Source: an uncultured virus (IMG/VR IMGVR_UViG_3300033149_004104)
Taxonomy: Duplodnaviria; Heunggongvirae; Uroviricota; Caudoviricetes
Strand: one strand, 5' to 3'
Virus record (IMG/VR): IMGVR_UViG_3300033149_004104
Location: 115,564 to 135,563 of that record
DNA length: 20,000 bases
In this document: piece by piece, positions 8,865-15,845 of the stretch
Numbering within the stretch: the first letter of the stretch is position 1
Layout of the letters: each line of letters opens with the position of its first letter
Made by a program: the position numbers and the translations under genes
The notes under the pieces: model-generated
What the model was told of the DNA's origin: nothing
The model's input: only the letters and a program-made list of their open reading frames with translations
The model's database searches: none

Positions 8865-9260
8865 ATGAAGAATTTAACAACAATTCAAGTATTTATAGTG
8901 TTTCCAAAAAGAAAAGATAAATGGAAATATTATATTAATGACAATCTTAAAGATAGTCATACTCTCCATCGTGATAAAATTCAACAACTCATATTACAAT
9001 ATATAAACTCTAAAGCTGGTAATCAAGTAATAGAGCATCTAAACAAATATCATGCTTTCATAGTATATACAAAACAGAATAAAGTATATAGATTACAAGT
9101 CGATAAGGAGTCAGCATTTAAACAAATGAAAGAAAAATTCAACAGAGAAGCATTTAATGCAGATAAAATTTATAAAAAAATAAAAAAAGAGCAAACAAAA
9201 AATGAAGATGATATGTTTATCTCTCAAAATAATGCGCTATTGAAAAAAATCTTAAAATAA
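8865..9260 (+). CDS. Hypothetical protein, 131 aa, translationally coupled to the wHTH gene
   Basis: ORF with no SD; its stop overlaps the next start (TAATG). Confidence 0.72.
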   Translation: MKNLTTIQVFIVFPKRKDKWKYYINDNLKDSHTLHRDKIQQLILQYINSKAGNQVIEHLNKYHAFIVYTKQNKVYRLQVDKESAFKQMKEKFNREAFNADKIYKKIKKEQTKNEDDMFISQNNALLKKILK

Positions 9261-10159
9261 TGTATCTTTTAAAAAAAACGCCTATGACCAACTTAAACGA
9301 AAAACAAAAAGAATTTCAATATCTTATTAACGACATTACTAATGAAAAATCACTTTATTATCTTTTCACAAAGCACACAAAAGAACCGTCGTATAAAACA
9401 GAATATAAAATTATTTACAGACTTGTTAATCTGCAGTATGACGATCAAATAATTGAAAAGTTTTTTAAAACTTTTATCTGGAAAAATACAAATCTTAAGC
9501 AAAACAGAATAAACTCTCTCCGATCGTCTATCCAAAAAGCCAGAGTCTATTATAATAACCATAAAAGCAAGTTTGACTATGAATATGATATAATTATTGG
9601 ACAAGTAGACTACTTTACAGCTTTGACAGTTTATGAAAGAGTAACGCTTAGGGCAATTTTAAGAATTGCAAAAACTATAGGCCGATTCGATAATTTACAA
9701 CTATCCTTAAGAAGAATAGCTAAAAAATCAGGAATAACTCCTCCTGCGGTTAATAATAATATTAAGAAACTTATAAAAAAAGAAATTATAGCAAAAGTAA
9801 AAAAAGGTAAAATGAAAGTAGCTACAATTTACACCATAAACAAAGATAGGATACTTAAATCTATTTTTTCCAAAGAAAATCTAAAAATAGATAGCGTATC
9901 TGTTAAATCTAGCAAAAATAAAACTAATGCGAGAATATTCGGCGGGGGGGAGTTGGGCAAAACAGGGTATCTTATCTTAAATATGTTTTTAGACAACCCA
10001 AAAAAAGAATTTAGCATCCAGGAAATATCTAAAGCATTAGCAATAAGTTTTCCAACCTCTAAAAAGAAAATTGATTTTTTAGAAAGAGAGAAATATTTAA
10101 AATCGAGAGAAGTAAAAACTAAAGGGAGACCTAAAAGAATGTATAGACTAAGAGATTGA
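9260..10159 (+). CDS. Tandem winged helix-turn-helix DNA-binding protein, candidate replication initiator / origin-binding protein
   Basis: HTH1 LSLRRIAKKSGITPPAVNNNIKKLIKKEII; HTH2 FSIQEISKALAISFPTSKKKIDFLEREKYL with wing GRPKRMY; N-terminal helical segment loosely like primase C-terminal helical bundles; ends 9 nt before a large inverted repeat. Confidence 0.7.
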   Translation: MYLLKKTPMTNLNEKQKEFQYLINDITNEKSLYYLFTKHTKEPSYKTEYKIIYRLVNLQYDDQIIEKFFKTFIWKNTNLKQNRINSLRSSIQKARVYYNNHKSKFDYEYDIIIGQVDYFTALTVYERVTLRAILRIAKTIGRFDNLQLSLRRIAKKSGITPPAVNNNIKKLIKKEIIAKVKKGKMKVATIYTINKDRILKSIFSKENLKIDSVSVKSSKNKTNARIFGGGELGKTGYLILNMFLDNPKKEFSIQEISKALAISFPTSKKKIDFLEREKYLKSREVKTKGRPKRMYRLRD

Positions 10160-10168
10160 AAGGGGGGA

Positions 10169-10250
10169 CTTTTTTAAATAGATTAACAATTCTTATATTA
10201 ATATATATATATTAATATTAATATATGAATTGTAAACCTATTTAAAAAAG
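10169..10250. repeat. 82-bp AT-rich inverted repeat (36-bp arms, 33/36 paired, 10-nt spacer); candidate replication origin
   Basis: CTTTTTTAAATAGATTAACAATTCTTATATTAATAT (10169-10204) pairs with ATATTAATATATGAATTGTAAACCTATTTAAAAAAG (10215-10250); nested perfect 24-bp palindrome at 10195-10218. Confidence 0.9.
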
Positions 10251-10314
10251 ATCCTAATATATACTCCTGTTAAATATGATAAAAATATAGAAAATATGCC
10301 CGCCAAGTGCCGAC

Positions 10315-10343
10315 TTAAATTTTTTTCTGTTTATGTGTATATT
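10315..10343 (+). promoter_or_regulatory. Promoter-like motif TTAAAT-N17-TATATT upstream of the SSB-like gene
   Basis: TTAAAT at 10315-10320 and TATATT at 10338-10343. Confidence 0.7.
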
Positions 10344-10362
10344 AGATATGTAAAGTAGAATT

Positions 10363-10407
10363 TGTGATATTGTATATCACATTTAAAAGATCATCTGAAT
10401 AGATGAT
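10363..10407 (+). promoter_or_regulatory. Two tandem hairpins in the predicted 5' leader of the SSB-like gene
   Basis: TGTGATAT-TGT-ATATCACA (10363-10381) and ATCATCT-GAAT-AGATGAT (10390-10407), followed by an A/T-only tract and SD AGGAGG. Confidence 0.6.
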
Positions 10408-10445
10408 ATAAAAAATTATTTATATTTATTTATAGGAGGCTATAA

Positions 10446-11855
10446 ATGGGAATTAATGACTTTACAGAAGATATGTTTAACAGTGCAATTAAGAAGCACA
10501 AAGAGGAAATTGAGAGAGAATCTCAAAGAGGAGCAACATTTGTAAGAAATTTTGAAGATATAGTGTATTCTGCACTTCAGACAAATCAATTAAAGTTTAT
10601 ACGAATTATTGGTGTTCCGATGGAACACAGATTAGCTTATGATCCATTATATTCACCAAAGCTTGTTTATATTTCCTGGATAGAAGACGATGGAGGAAAT
10701 AGAATGCGGGTAGTTTGGCCTAATAGGCTAGAAGATAGAAATTGGCCACTTTATCGAATAATGGATAAAGTTCTCTCTTATGATTATATAAGAGAAACTA
10801 ATAGTAAACTTTATCATTACAGTAAAAAATATCCAAAGCTTTTCAATAGAGTATTTAGAAATTTACGTATAAGAGACATGGATCTTAAAGAAGATGGAGA
10901 GTTGACTAAAGAATGCAGGGAAAGTATTAATCCTTATGAAACAGGATGGAGACCATCCCAGTATGTGGTTATGAATGTTATTGATAGAGCCATGTACGAT
11001 TGGCACAGAAAAAATAAGCATACAGTAATTCTTTCAAAGAAGTCAACTTTAAGAACTCGTTTAGATGGATCCCAGTATTTTATATATGAGCCGGGAGTAC
11101 CTAGGACAGTATATGATCTGCTAATGAGTGATGAAATTGCAGGAGCGTATGGATACTTTAAAAAGTATGATATTATTATTAAAAAGCTTAATGGGGATCC
11201 TTGGTATAAAATGTATCACCCAGAAGAAGAGAAAAAGTTTATGGGGTCTTTTAACTCAAAGCAAGAATTTCTAGAAGAATATCCTTTTTATAATCCAGAA
11301 GTGCATCTTGGAGATTTAACAGATGAAGAATTGAGTTGGGAAAAATACAATTTCGATAAAATTTATAAAGTTACTTCGTATCAGAAAATCCTAAATAGAT
11401 TAGGAAATTTTATAAAAGATTATGATAGGAAATTCAACGATAGGTTATACGAAGAATTGGAATATCTTGCAGAAGAGGAAAGAAAGAATTACAAGGAAGA
11501 ACAAGATGAAGATAAAGAAAATGTTAATGTTTATGAAGGCCCTAGTGAGAGGTCTTCTTCTCAACCTGTAGGAGAAAATCCTCTTCCTGTAAGAGAAAGA
11601 TCAAGCAGTGAACGAGCTAGAGAAGAAAAGTTTGATGTGGAACTTTTTAAAGAAAAAGGATTTAAAGGAATCGATGCATTGACTAGTGATGAGAAAAAAA
11701 TAATTGTAGGATATGACGAGGAAAGAGAAACTTTTATTTATAGTACAGATGAAGATTTATTTGCATGTATAAATTCTAAAGATGAGAATGATCCATGTCC
11801 AATGATAACTCCTGAGAGTTTTTCAGTTTGCCCGAGGTGTGGGGCTAAATTTTAG
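10446..11855 (+). CDS. Probable T4 gp32-like single-stranded DNA-binding protein with acidic linker and C-terminal Zn ribbon
   Basis: YVVMNVIDR and YDIIIKK segments resemble gp32-family SSBs; acidic disordered stretch (EEQDEDKENV...); terminal C-x9-C...CPRC; strong SD AGGAGG. Confidence 0.55.
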   Translation: MGINDFTEDMFNSAIKKHKEEIERESQRGATFVRNFEDIVYSALQTNQLKFIRIIGVPMEHRLAYDPLYSPKLVYISWIEDDGGNRMRVVWPNRLEDRNWPLYRIMDKVLSYDYIRETNSKLYHYSKKYPKLFNRVFRNLRIRDMDLKEDGELTKECRESINPYETGWRPSQYVVMNVIDRAMYDWHRKNKHTVILSKKSTLRTRLDGSQYFIYEPGVPRTVYDLLMSDEIAGAYGYFKKYDIIIKKLNGDPWYKMYHPEEEKKFMGSFNSKQEFLEEYPFYNPEVHLGDLTDEELSWEKYNFDKIYKVTSYQKILNRLGNFIKDYDRKFNDRLYEELEYLAEEERKNYKEEQDEDKENVNVYEGPSERSSSQPVGENPLPVRERSSSERAREEKFDVELFKEKGFKGIDALTSDEKKIIVGYDEERETFIYSTDEDLFACINSKDENDPCPMITPESFSVCPRCGAKF

Positions 11856-11890
11856 ATTAAAAAAAAGTTTTTTTAAATATTATTTGATTT

Positions 11891-11942
11891 AAAATGGTCG
11901 TCTACAGAATGATGAAAAAAAATTGTGGGCGATCATTTTTTT
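11891..11942 (+). terminator. RNA stem-loop with U tail, probable intrinsic terminator after the SSB-like gene
   Basis: 16-bp stem 11891-11906 / 11924-11939 with three G-U pairs, 17-nt loop, T7 run at 11936-11942. Confidence 0.7.
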
Positions 11943-11947
11943 ACTAA
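11942..11947 (+). promoter_or_regulatory. WACTAA motif, candidate promoter for a leaderless transcript
   Basis: TACTAA 6 nt before the SD-less ATG at 11954. Confidence 0.45.
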
Positions 11948-11953
11948 GTTTTT

Positions 11954-12247
11954 ATGGATGTTAAAGAAAAAAATAAATATAGACAGAGCAGGCAATGGAA
12001 AGAATTTAGAAAAAGAATTTTAAAAGATAGAGATTATACCTGTGAAGTTTGCAAAATAAAAAAGAAAAAAGGACTGCATATTCATCACTTTGATGAATCT
12101 GCCTATGGAAGGGAAAAAGAATCAGATGTTGTTCTTCTCTGTTCTGTTTGTCACAGGCTTGTTGAGTGGATATTATCAAGAACTAAGAATAAAATAGATA
12201 TAGATGATTTCTGCAACAATTTAAAGAGGGTATGCTATAGAGATTAA
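11954..12247 (+). CDS. Small Zn-binding HNH endonuclease-family protein
   Basis: YRQSRQWKEFRKRIL..RDYTCEVC...LHIHH...DVVLLCSVCH pattern; the usual Asn and final His appear replaced by Asp and Glu. Confidence 0.85.
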   Translation: MDVKEKNKYRQSRQWKEFRKRILKDRDYTCEVCKIKKKKGLHIHHFDESAYGREKESDVVLLCSVCHRLVEWILSRTKNKIDIDDFCNNLKRVCYRD

Positions 12248-12272
12248 AAAAATTTTTCTACAGCTTTTGTAT

Positions 12273-12278
12273 TACTAA
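12273..12278 (+). promoter_or_regulatory. WACTAA motif, candidate promoter for a leaderless transcript
   Basis: TACTAA 6 nt before GTG at 12285 and 9 nt before ATG at 12288; no SD. Confidence 0.45.
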
Positions 12279-12284
12279 CATATT

Positions 12285-13124
12285 GTGATGAAACAAAAAG
12301 AATTATTGCCACATGAAAAGGCAATTATTAAAAGTAAAAGCAGGAGGAAGGACGGGAAAATATTATATAAGAATACGTGTGCCTATTGTGGTAACATTGT
12401 GGAATATTTCCACGGGGGGAGGCCTGAGATTTGTCCTGCATGTGGTGAAGATGATTATATAAAACCAGTTACGGAGACAAGGCTTTTTTTACTTCAGAGA
12501 GAATATTTTGATAGAAATAGAGACCCTGAAGTTTTAAGTAGCTTATATATTTTAATGGTGGAGTATGCCAAATCTCTTGTTAAGAAAACATTACCCAAAA
12601 CATTCACTTATCATTTTGATAGAGTTGAAGAAAAGGCGGCGGATGCCGCCAGTCTTATAATAAGTCTTTATTTAGAAAAACCTGATTTCAAGATAGAAAA
12701 ATCTTTTGCTGGATTCTTAAAGACTAAGATAAAACAGGTGCTCTGGAATAAAAAATTACAAAATGAAGAGGATCATGAATCTATTTACGATACTGTTAAT
12801 GATGATATTGATAAAGAGATCTTACAACTTCCAAATGTATTAAAATTTGAGACAATTTTTCCTCATTATTCAGATTATAGACAAAGAGAGCATGAGAAGG
12901 AGGAGCTTTTAAAAGGGATTCGAAGTATAATTGAAAAAATATCGGAGACGGTAGAAAAAGAATATAATAAATATTATATGCTTCTTACACTTATAGGAAT
13001 TTATCAATATATAATAAATCAGGGAAATATAGAAAAGTTTTATACATGCTTTGGCTCATTATATTCGAAAGAATTAATTGAAAAAAGTATGGCTATTATT
13101 TATGAATTTTTGAAGGATCATTAG
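12285..13124 (+). CDS. Zn-ribbon protein with a sigma70 region-2-like domain (candidate phage sigma factor)
   Basis: CAYC...CPAC; then LYILMVEYAKSLVKK...DRVEEKAADAASLIISLY...SFAGFLKTKIKQVL resembles sigma region 2.1-2.4; no evident region-4 HTH. Confidence 0.5.
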   Translation: MMKQKELLPHEKAIIKSKSRRKDGKILYKNTCAYCGNIVEYFHGGRPEICPACGEDDYIKPVTETRLFLLQREYFDRNRDPEVLSSLYILMVEYAKSLVKKTLPKTFTYHFDRVEEKAADAASLIISLYLEKPDFKIEKSFAGFLKTKIKQVLWNKKLQNEEDHESIYDTVNDDIDKEILQLPNVLKFETIFPHYSDYRQREHEKEELLKGIRSIIEKISETVEKEYNKYYMLLTLIGIYQYIINQGNIEKFYTCFGSLYSKELIEKSMAIIYEFLKDH

Positions 13125-13128
13125 AATT

Positions 13129-13554
13129 ATGGATAATGTATATGCTAACACCTGGGAATATAAAATAAAGCGAGCTTTTAGAAAAAAAGAAAAATTTGAT
13201 AAGATAGATATATTGTGGGAAATAGTTTCTTTAATTCTTTATCAAGAGTCTAACTCTACAATACTTATTGAAGTTTATAAGTTGTTTAAAGATAAGAAAG
13301 ATGATTTTATCCGGCTTATATCTCTTTTAGACGGCAGGAAATTCGTTCCCCCTACCAAACGAGAGTTGGAAGAAGCTTTGTTATTAGCAGTGTTATATTA
13401 TGAAAAGGAAATCGAAGGTAAAGATTGGACACAGATAAAAAATGAATTTGATTTTGATTTTTCAAGTGTAAAATATGGAATCCGAATTAAAAATCTCGAT
13501 AATTGGATTAAGCAAAAAATACAGGAAATAATACGAAGGGAGGGCTTTTTATAA
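13129..13554 (+). CDS. Mor-like transcription regulator (tentative)
   Basis: FIRLISLLDGRKFVPPT resembles the Mu Mor/C 'L..xFGGxxxYIP' signature, followed by a C-terminal HTH-like segment (EGKDWTQIKNEF). Confidence 0.45.
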   Translation: MDNVYANTWEYKIKRAFRKKEKFDKIDILWEIVSLILYQESNSTILIEVYKLFKDKKDDFIRLISLLDGRKFVPPTKRELEEALLLAVLYYEKEIEGKDWTQIKNEFDFDFSSVKYGIRIKNLDNWIKQKIQEIIRREGFL

Positions 13555-14033
13555 TGGATGATAAAACTAAAAAAGAACTGGGAGAGCTATTTACTCATAT
13601 AAATGATAAAGATATTGAGAGAGAAACTAATCTTATAAATATTGCTGAAAGCGATCCATTGTTTTCGTTAAAAAACGTTCTTTTCCGATTTTTTCAGAAG
13701 CGACTTGATGTTATACAAGAAGAAGAGAAGTTTAAATCAGAAATAAAAAATGCTATTAGAGAGAAAATAAATAACGACGAATTATCGTCAGCACAACTTA
13801 TTAGTTTGTATCAAAAAGTTTGTGAACAGGGAGTTTATTCTACAAATGCTATACTTGATGTGTTTAAACCAAGTAAAGAGGGGGCAATTAGCCCTTTAGT
13901 GCAGCCCCATCCTAAGGAGGATATAAATTCTGCGGGAACAACAGAAGAGCTCCCCCCTGCACAAAGCGAAGCTCTTATAAAACTTGCCGAACTTGTAGAA
14001 AAGCTTAATAAAGAAAAAGAAAGTACAAAATAA
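13554..14033 (+). CDS. Hypothetical helical protein, 159 aa
   Basis: SD GGAGG and TAATG overlap with the upstream gene; no motif recognised. Confidence 0.75.
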   Translation: MDDKTKKELGELFTHINDKDIERETNLINIAESDPLFSLKNVLFRFFQKRLDVIQEEEKFKSEIKNAIREKINNDELSSAQLISLYQKVCEQGVYSTNAILDVFKPSKEGAISPLVQPHPKEDINSAGTTEELPPAQSEALIKLAELVEKLNKEKESTK

Positions 14034-14034
14034 T

Positions 14035-14063
14035 TTAAAATTTTTTTGATTATATCGTATATT
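14035..14063 (+). promoter_or_regulatory. Promoter-like motif TTAAAA-N17-TATATT; predicts a leaderless HNH-recA transcript
   Basis: TTAAAA at 14035-14040 and TATATT at 14058-14063; ATG at 14072 lies 8 nt downstream with no SD. Confidence 0.7.
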
Positions 14064-14071
14064 ATAAATAC

Positions 14072-14644
14072 ATGATGTTATCATATAAAGAATTTGTTAA
14101 TTATTATTATCGTAACGGGAAGTGTATAAATCAGCTTTTAAAGCCGAATCATCAGTTGAGCAATCAAGAATTGCAATCAAATTATAATAAATATGTTAGA
14201 AGAGAGCAAAAAATGAGAGAAAAAAGAAAGGAACAAATTGACAAATATTTAATAGAAAATGAGGAGAAAAACGAAGTTGTTGATTTAAAGCTGGAGGAAG
14301 TATATAATAAAGTCAATTTAAGAGATAAAGGGAAATGCCAACTTATGCAAAAATTATCACCTACCGATTATAATATGCTATGTAATATTGTATGGAAAGA
14401 GATGCTAAACATAATTGATCATGCTCATATTTTCGGTAAAGGTGCCTATCCAGAATTAAAGTACGATAAAGATAATATTGTATTACTTAATAGATACTCA
14501 CATTCGATGCTTGATCGGTATAGGCATCCGATAACAGGGGAGCAAATAACTGACAGTGAAGTTAAACAGTGGTGGATATTTATTGTGGGTAAAGAAAGAT
14601 ATAATAGTTTAAAAAGCAAAATTACGGAAAGGATAAGATCATGA
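14072..14644 (+). CDS. HNH-fold nuclease (NinG/Ref-like), largely lacking Zn-binding cysteines
   Basis: VNLRDKGKCQL...IIDHAHIFGKGAYPELKYDKDNIVLLNRYSHSMLD follows the H-x-H...N...H HNH pattern; charged N-terminal coil; ATGA overlap with recA. Confidence 0.7.
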   Translation: MMLSYKEFVNYYYRNGKCINQLLKPNHQLSNQELQSNYNKYVRREQKMREKRKEQIDKYLIENEEKNEVVDLKLEEVYNKVNLRDKGKCQLMQKLSPTDYNMLCNIVWKEMLNIIDHAHIFGKGAYPELKYDKDNIVLLNRYSHSMLDRYRHPITGEQITDSEVKQWWIFIVGKERYNSLKSKITERIRS

Positions 14645-15645
14645 ATGAGAAAGAAGCAAAAGAAAAACTCAACTCTTTTTTTAAGGATATGGAAAAAAGA
14701 TATGGAAAAGGAACCGTATCGACCCCCGATACGATAGATAAGTTAAAAAGAACTGTTCCTCGTTGGCCAGTGACTTCACCTGTTATTTCTTATTCACTAG
14801 GTGGAGGAATCCCCAAAGGTAGAATTATTGAGTTGTATGGCGTAGAATCAGGCGGAAAAACATCTATTGCTTCATATTTAGGTGGATGTGTGCAACAAAA
14901 TCTCGAACCAAACGAAAAAGTAATGGTTATTGACGTAGAGAACTCTTATGATCTGGATTATATGAAAACCATGGGACTTGATACAAATGATATTATCTTC
15001 TCTCAACCGTCTTCCGGTGAAGATGCCCTACAGATTGCTGAAGAGGCTATTGAAACAGGATTAGTTAAGTTTATTATAATCGATTCAGTAGCTGCGCTTA
15101 CTCCAAAAGCCGAAATAGAGGGAGAAATGGGAGATCAGCAAATGGGATTACAAGCTCGTATGATGAGCAAAGCATGCCGGAAACTTTCAAGTATATTGAA
15201 TCGATATCAAGCTACTGTTATCTTTATAAATCAAATTAGAGAGAAGATAGGAGTTTTTGGAGGTAATCCAGAAGTTACTCCCGGGGGGAGAGCTTTAAAA
15301 TTTTTTACTTCAATTAGGATAGAAATACGTAAAGTTGATTTCTTGAAGAATGGTACACAAGATATTCCGTACGGATTAAAAACAAGAATTAAGGTTACCA
15401 AAAATAAGACGGCTCCTCCCTTCAGAAAAGGAGAAGTGGAAATTGTTTTTGGAAAAGGATTACAATTGGAGAAGGAATATGTAGTGTTTGCTATTGAATA
15501 TGGAATTATAGAAAAAGCTGGTAGTTGGTTTTCTTATGGAAAAGAGTTTAGAGTACAGGGTATGGATAATGTGATAAATTATTTAAAAGACCATTCAGAG
15601 ATATTTGAAGAAATAAAAGAAAAAGTAAATAAAATTTTAAATTAA
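14641..15645 (+). CDS. recA: Recombinase RecA
   Basis: GGGIPKGRIIELYGVESGGKT, IIDSVAAL, MGLQARMMS, IFINQIREKIG, TPGGRALKF, KNKTAPPF, GSWFSY; no acidic C-terminal tail. Confidence 0.98.
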   Translation: MNEKEAKEKLNSFFKDMEKRYGKGTVSTPDTIDKLKRTVPRWPVTSPVISYSLGGGIPKGRIIELYGVESGGKTSIASYLGGCVQQNLEPNEKVMVIDVENSYDLDYMKTMGLDTNDIIFSQPSSGEDALQIAEEAIETGLVKFIIIDSVAALTPKAEIEGEMGDQQMGLQARMMSKACRKLSSILNRYQATVIFINQIREKIGVFGGNPEVTPGGRALKFFTSIRIEIRKVDFLKNGTQDIPYGLKTRIKVTKNKTAPPFRKGEVEIVFGKGLQLEKEYVVFAIEYGIIEKAGSWFSYGKEFRVQGMDNVINYLKDHSEIFEEIKEKVNKILN

Positions 15646-15663
15646 AACATAAGGAGTAGAATA

Positions 15664-15843
15664 ATGAAAAATTGTTTGTTGTACTTATTTTTATTAGTTT
15701 GGCCCATTGGTGTTGTACTAGGCATTATTTTTAGAAAGAGAATTGGGGAGCAACAGCAGAGAGAAAGAAGTTTAATTGGTATAGACTTCCACAATAGAGA
15801 TGAAATTTTAAAAGAACAATTTTTAGCGGAAAGGAGAAGTTAA
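15664..15843 (+). CDS. Small single-pass membrane protein, 59 aa
   Basis: Missing from the ORF track. SD AAGGAG; MKNCLLYLFLLVWPIGVVLGIIFRKRIGEQQQRERSLIGIDFHNRDEILKEQFLAERRS; fills the gap between recA and the next gene. Confidence 0.72.
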   Translation: MKNCLLYLFLLVWPIGVVLGIIFRKRIGEQQQRERSLIGIDFHNRDEILKEQFLAERRS

Positions 15844-15845
15844 GA

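Noticed and set aside
8865..9260. Split AEP primase domain upstream of the wHTH gene
   Set aside because: Only a faint resemblance (IEHLNKYHAFIVY) and no suitably placed catalytic DxD motif.
10363..10381. CRP-like site TGTGA...TCACA
   Set aside because: The spacer is 9 nt, not the 6 nt of a CRP box; better read as a hairpin.
11857..11876. TTAAAAAAAA-G-TTTTTTTAA palindrome
   Set aside because: Homopolymer-only pairing is expected at this base composition.
13554..14033. Small terminase subunit
   Set aside because: Size and helical character fit, but there is no specific motif and no large terminase nearby.
14063..14070. T4 late promoter TATAAATA
   Set aside because: It ends 1 nt before the ATG, too close for a -10 element, and overlaps the better-supported TTAAAA-N17-TATATT motif.
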